From: Octopus sinensis
Lineage: Eukaryota
Reading direction: 5' to 3'
Assembly (NCBI RefSeq): GCF_006345805.1
Contig: NW_021823907.1
Location: 1 to 20,539, forward strand
Length of the DNA stretch: 20,539 bases
Shown here: in pieces, positions 19,080 through 20,539 of the stretch
How positions within the stretch are numbered: position 1 is the stretch's first letter
Layout of the letters: every line of letters starts with the position of its first letter
Notes under the pieces: model-generated
Seen by the model: the letters and a program-made list of their open reading frames with translations, nothing else
What the model was told of the DNA's origin: nothing
Database searches by the model: none
Translations under genes and position numbers: made by a program

Positions 19080-20112
19080 GTCACTACTACCACCACCACA
19101 ACCACCACCACAACCAAATCCACCACCACCACCACCACCACCACCACCACCACCACCTACTCCACCACCACCATCACCACCACCGCTGTCGTTAGCATCA
19201 TTACCATCACCACCGCCATTACCATCACCACCGCCATTACCATCATCATCTTCAAAAAAATAAACACCTGTACCGAATTCACCACCACCACCACCACCAG
19301 ACAGCCCCCACCACCACCAACATCATCACCAACGTCATCACCATCCACACCACCGCCATCCACACCACCACCACCACCACCATAAACACCATCACAGCCA
19401 CCACAACCATCAACCCTACCATCACCACCATCACCACCATCACTGCCACCACCAGCATCACAGCCACACAACCACCATCAGCGCAACCACCATCACCGCC
19501 ACACCACCACCACCATTACCACCAGCTTCATTATCACCATCATCACTAACATCGCCATCCACAACGATATTATTGTTCTATCACCATCAAAACCACCACC
19601 ACCACCACCACAGCCACCACCCGTATCGGTTACTCCGCCATGGCCACCATCACTATTGCAATCACCATCACCACCACCACCGTCGCCATAAGCGTTATCT
19701 CGAACATTACTACAAAACGCCACCATCACCACCACCACCACCACCACCAACAACACAACAACAAGAACTACAATACCATCACCACCCCCACGACCACCAT
19801 TACCAACAACGACAATTCAATCACAACGACGACGACGACCATCAGCATCAGCCCTACCGCCACCACCACCATCACCACCATCACCATCACCACCAGCAGC
19901 ATCATCGTCACCATCAACATTACCACCAGCACCATCACCACCACCACCACCAGCACTACCAGAGTATCCACCGCCACTATCAACCCACCGCCATCAACCC
20001 CATTACCACCATCACCACCATCACCACCATCACCACCATCACCACCATCACCACCATCACCACCATCTCCACCATCTCCACCATCACCACTACCTCTACC
20101 ACCAACACCACC
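19080..20112. repeat. Long degenerate (CAC/CAT/CAA)n tract including a 9-bp repeat (ACCACCATC)x9 at 20005-20085
   Basis: Directly visible. It is the source of the poly-H/T/P and poly-G/V/M pseudo-ORFs. Confidence 0.95.
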
Positions 20113-20212
20113 CAAGCCTCAACATAAATATTGGTACGAGGAAATCTCTAAATTCTCTAACTGACATTTCGGTTAAAGGCTGACCTGCACGTGTGACATT
20201 TAAGAGGGATTT

Positions 20213-20481
20213 TGGTGGTGGTGGTGGTGGTGGTGGTTGTGAGGGCTTCGTGGGTGGAGGGAGGTGGTGTTGGTAATGGTGGAGATGGTGGTGATTGCGG
20301 TGGTGTTGGTGGTGGTGGTGGATGTTTGGATTTGCTGTTGGATCATGTCGGTTGGTGTTCTAGCATTGTTTGTGTAACTGGTGTGAGTGGTAGCGGTGCT
20401 GGTTGCGGTACTGGTAAGTGATGGTCACGTTGAGGAGGATGATGATGATGATGATGATGATGATCTTGTATCTAGTATGAA

Positions 20482-20539
<58 letters not shown>
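20213..20539. repeat. Degenerate (GGT)n, then (GAT)n, (GT)n and (TA)n
   Basis: Directly visible. Confidence 0.95.

Noticed and set aside
19573-20164. His-rich and Pro/Ser-rich (extensin-like or beak-protein-like) ORFs
   Set aside because: Several frames on both strands are open because of the (CAC/CAT)n composition. There is no signal peptide, splice context or frame preference.

Overview
AT-rich, repeat-saturated animal genomic DNA with no intact protein-coding gene. The repeat types and extreme microsatellite load suggest a coleoid cephalopod such as Octopus, judged from recalled repeat families rather than a search. A large fraction of the window is di-, tri- or tetranucleotide microsatellite, which explains nearly all ORF-track entries. 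The rest contains at least three tRNA-type SINE families (about 11 copies, including dimeric, trimeric and internally duplicated ones with clean target-site duplications) and a 5'-truncated, decayed R4/Dong-like RLE non-LTR retrotransposon inserted in (TAA)n. There are also several unclassified non-coding cassettes sitting between (TA)n or (TAA)n tracts, a ~90-bp-arm inverted repeat, a 312-bp tandem duplication and a 16-bp minisatellite. The most notable signal is two type-I hammerhead-ribozyme-like motifs in (TA)n-flanked non-coding cassettes (1611-1718 on the minus strand, 14011-14045 on the plus strand). They point to Penelope-like or retrozyme-type non-autonomous elements.
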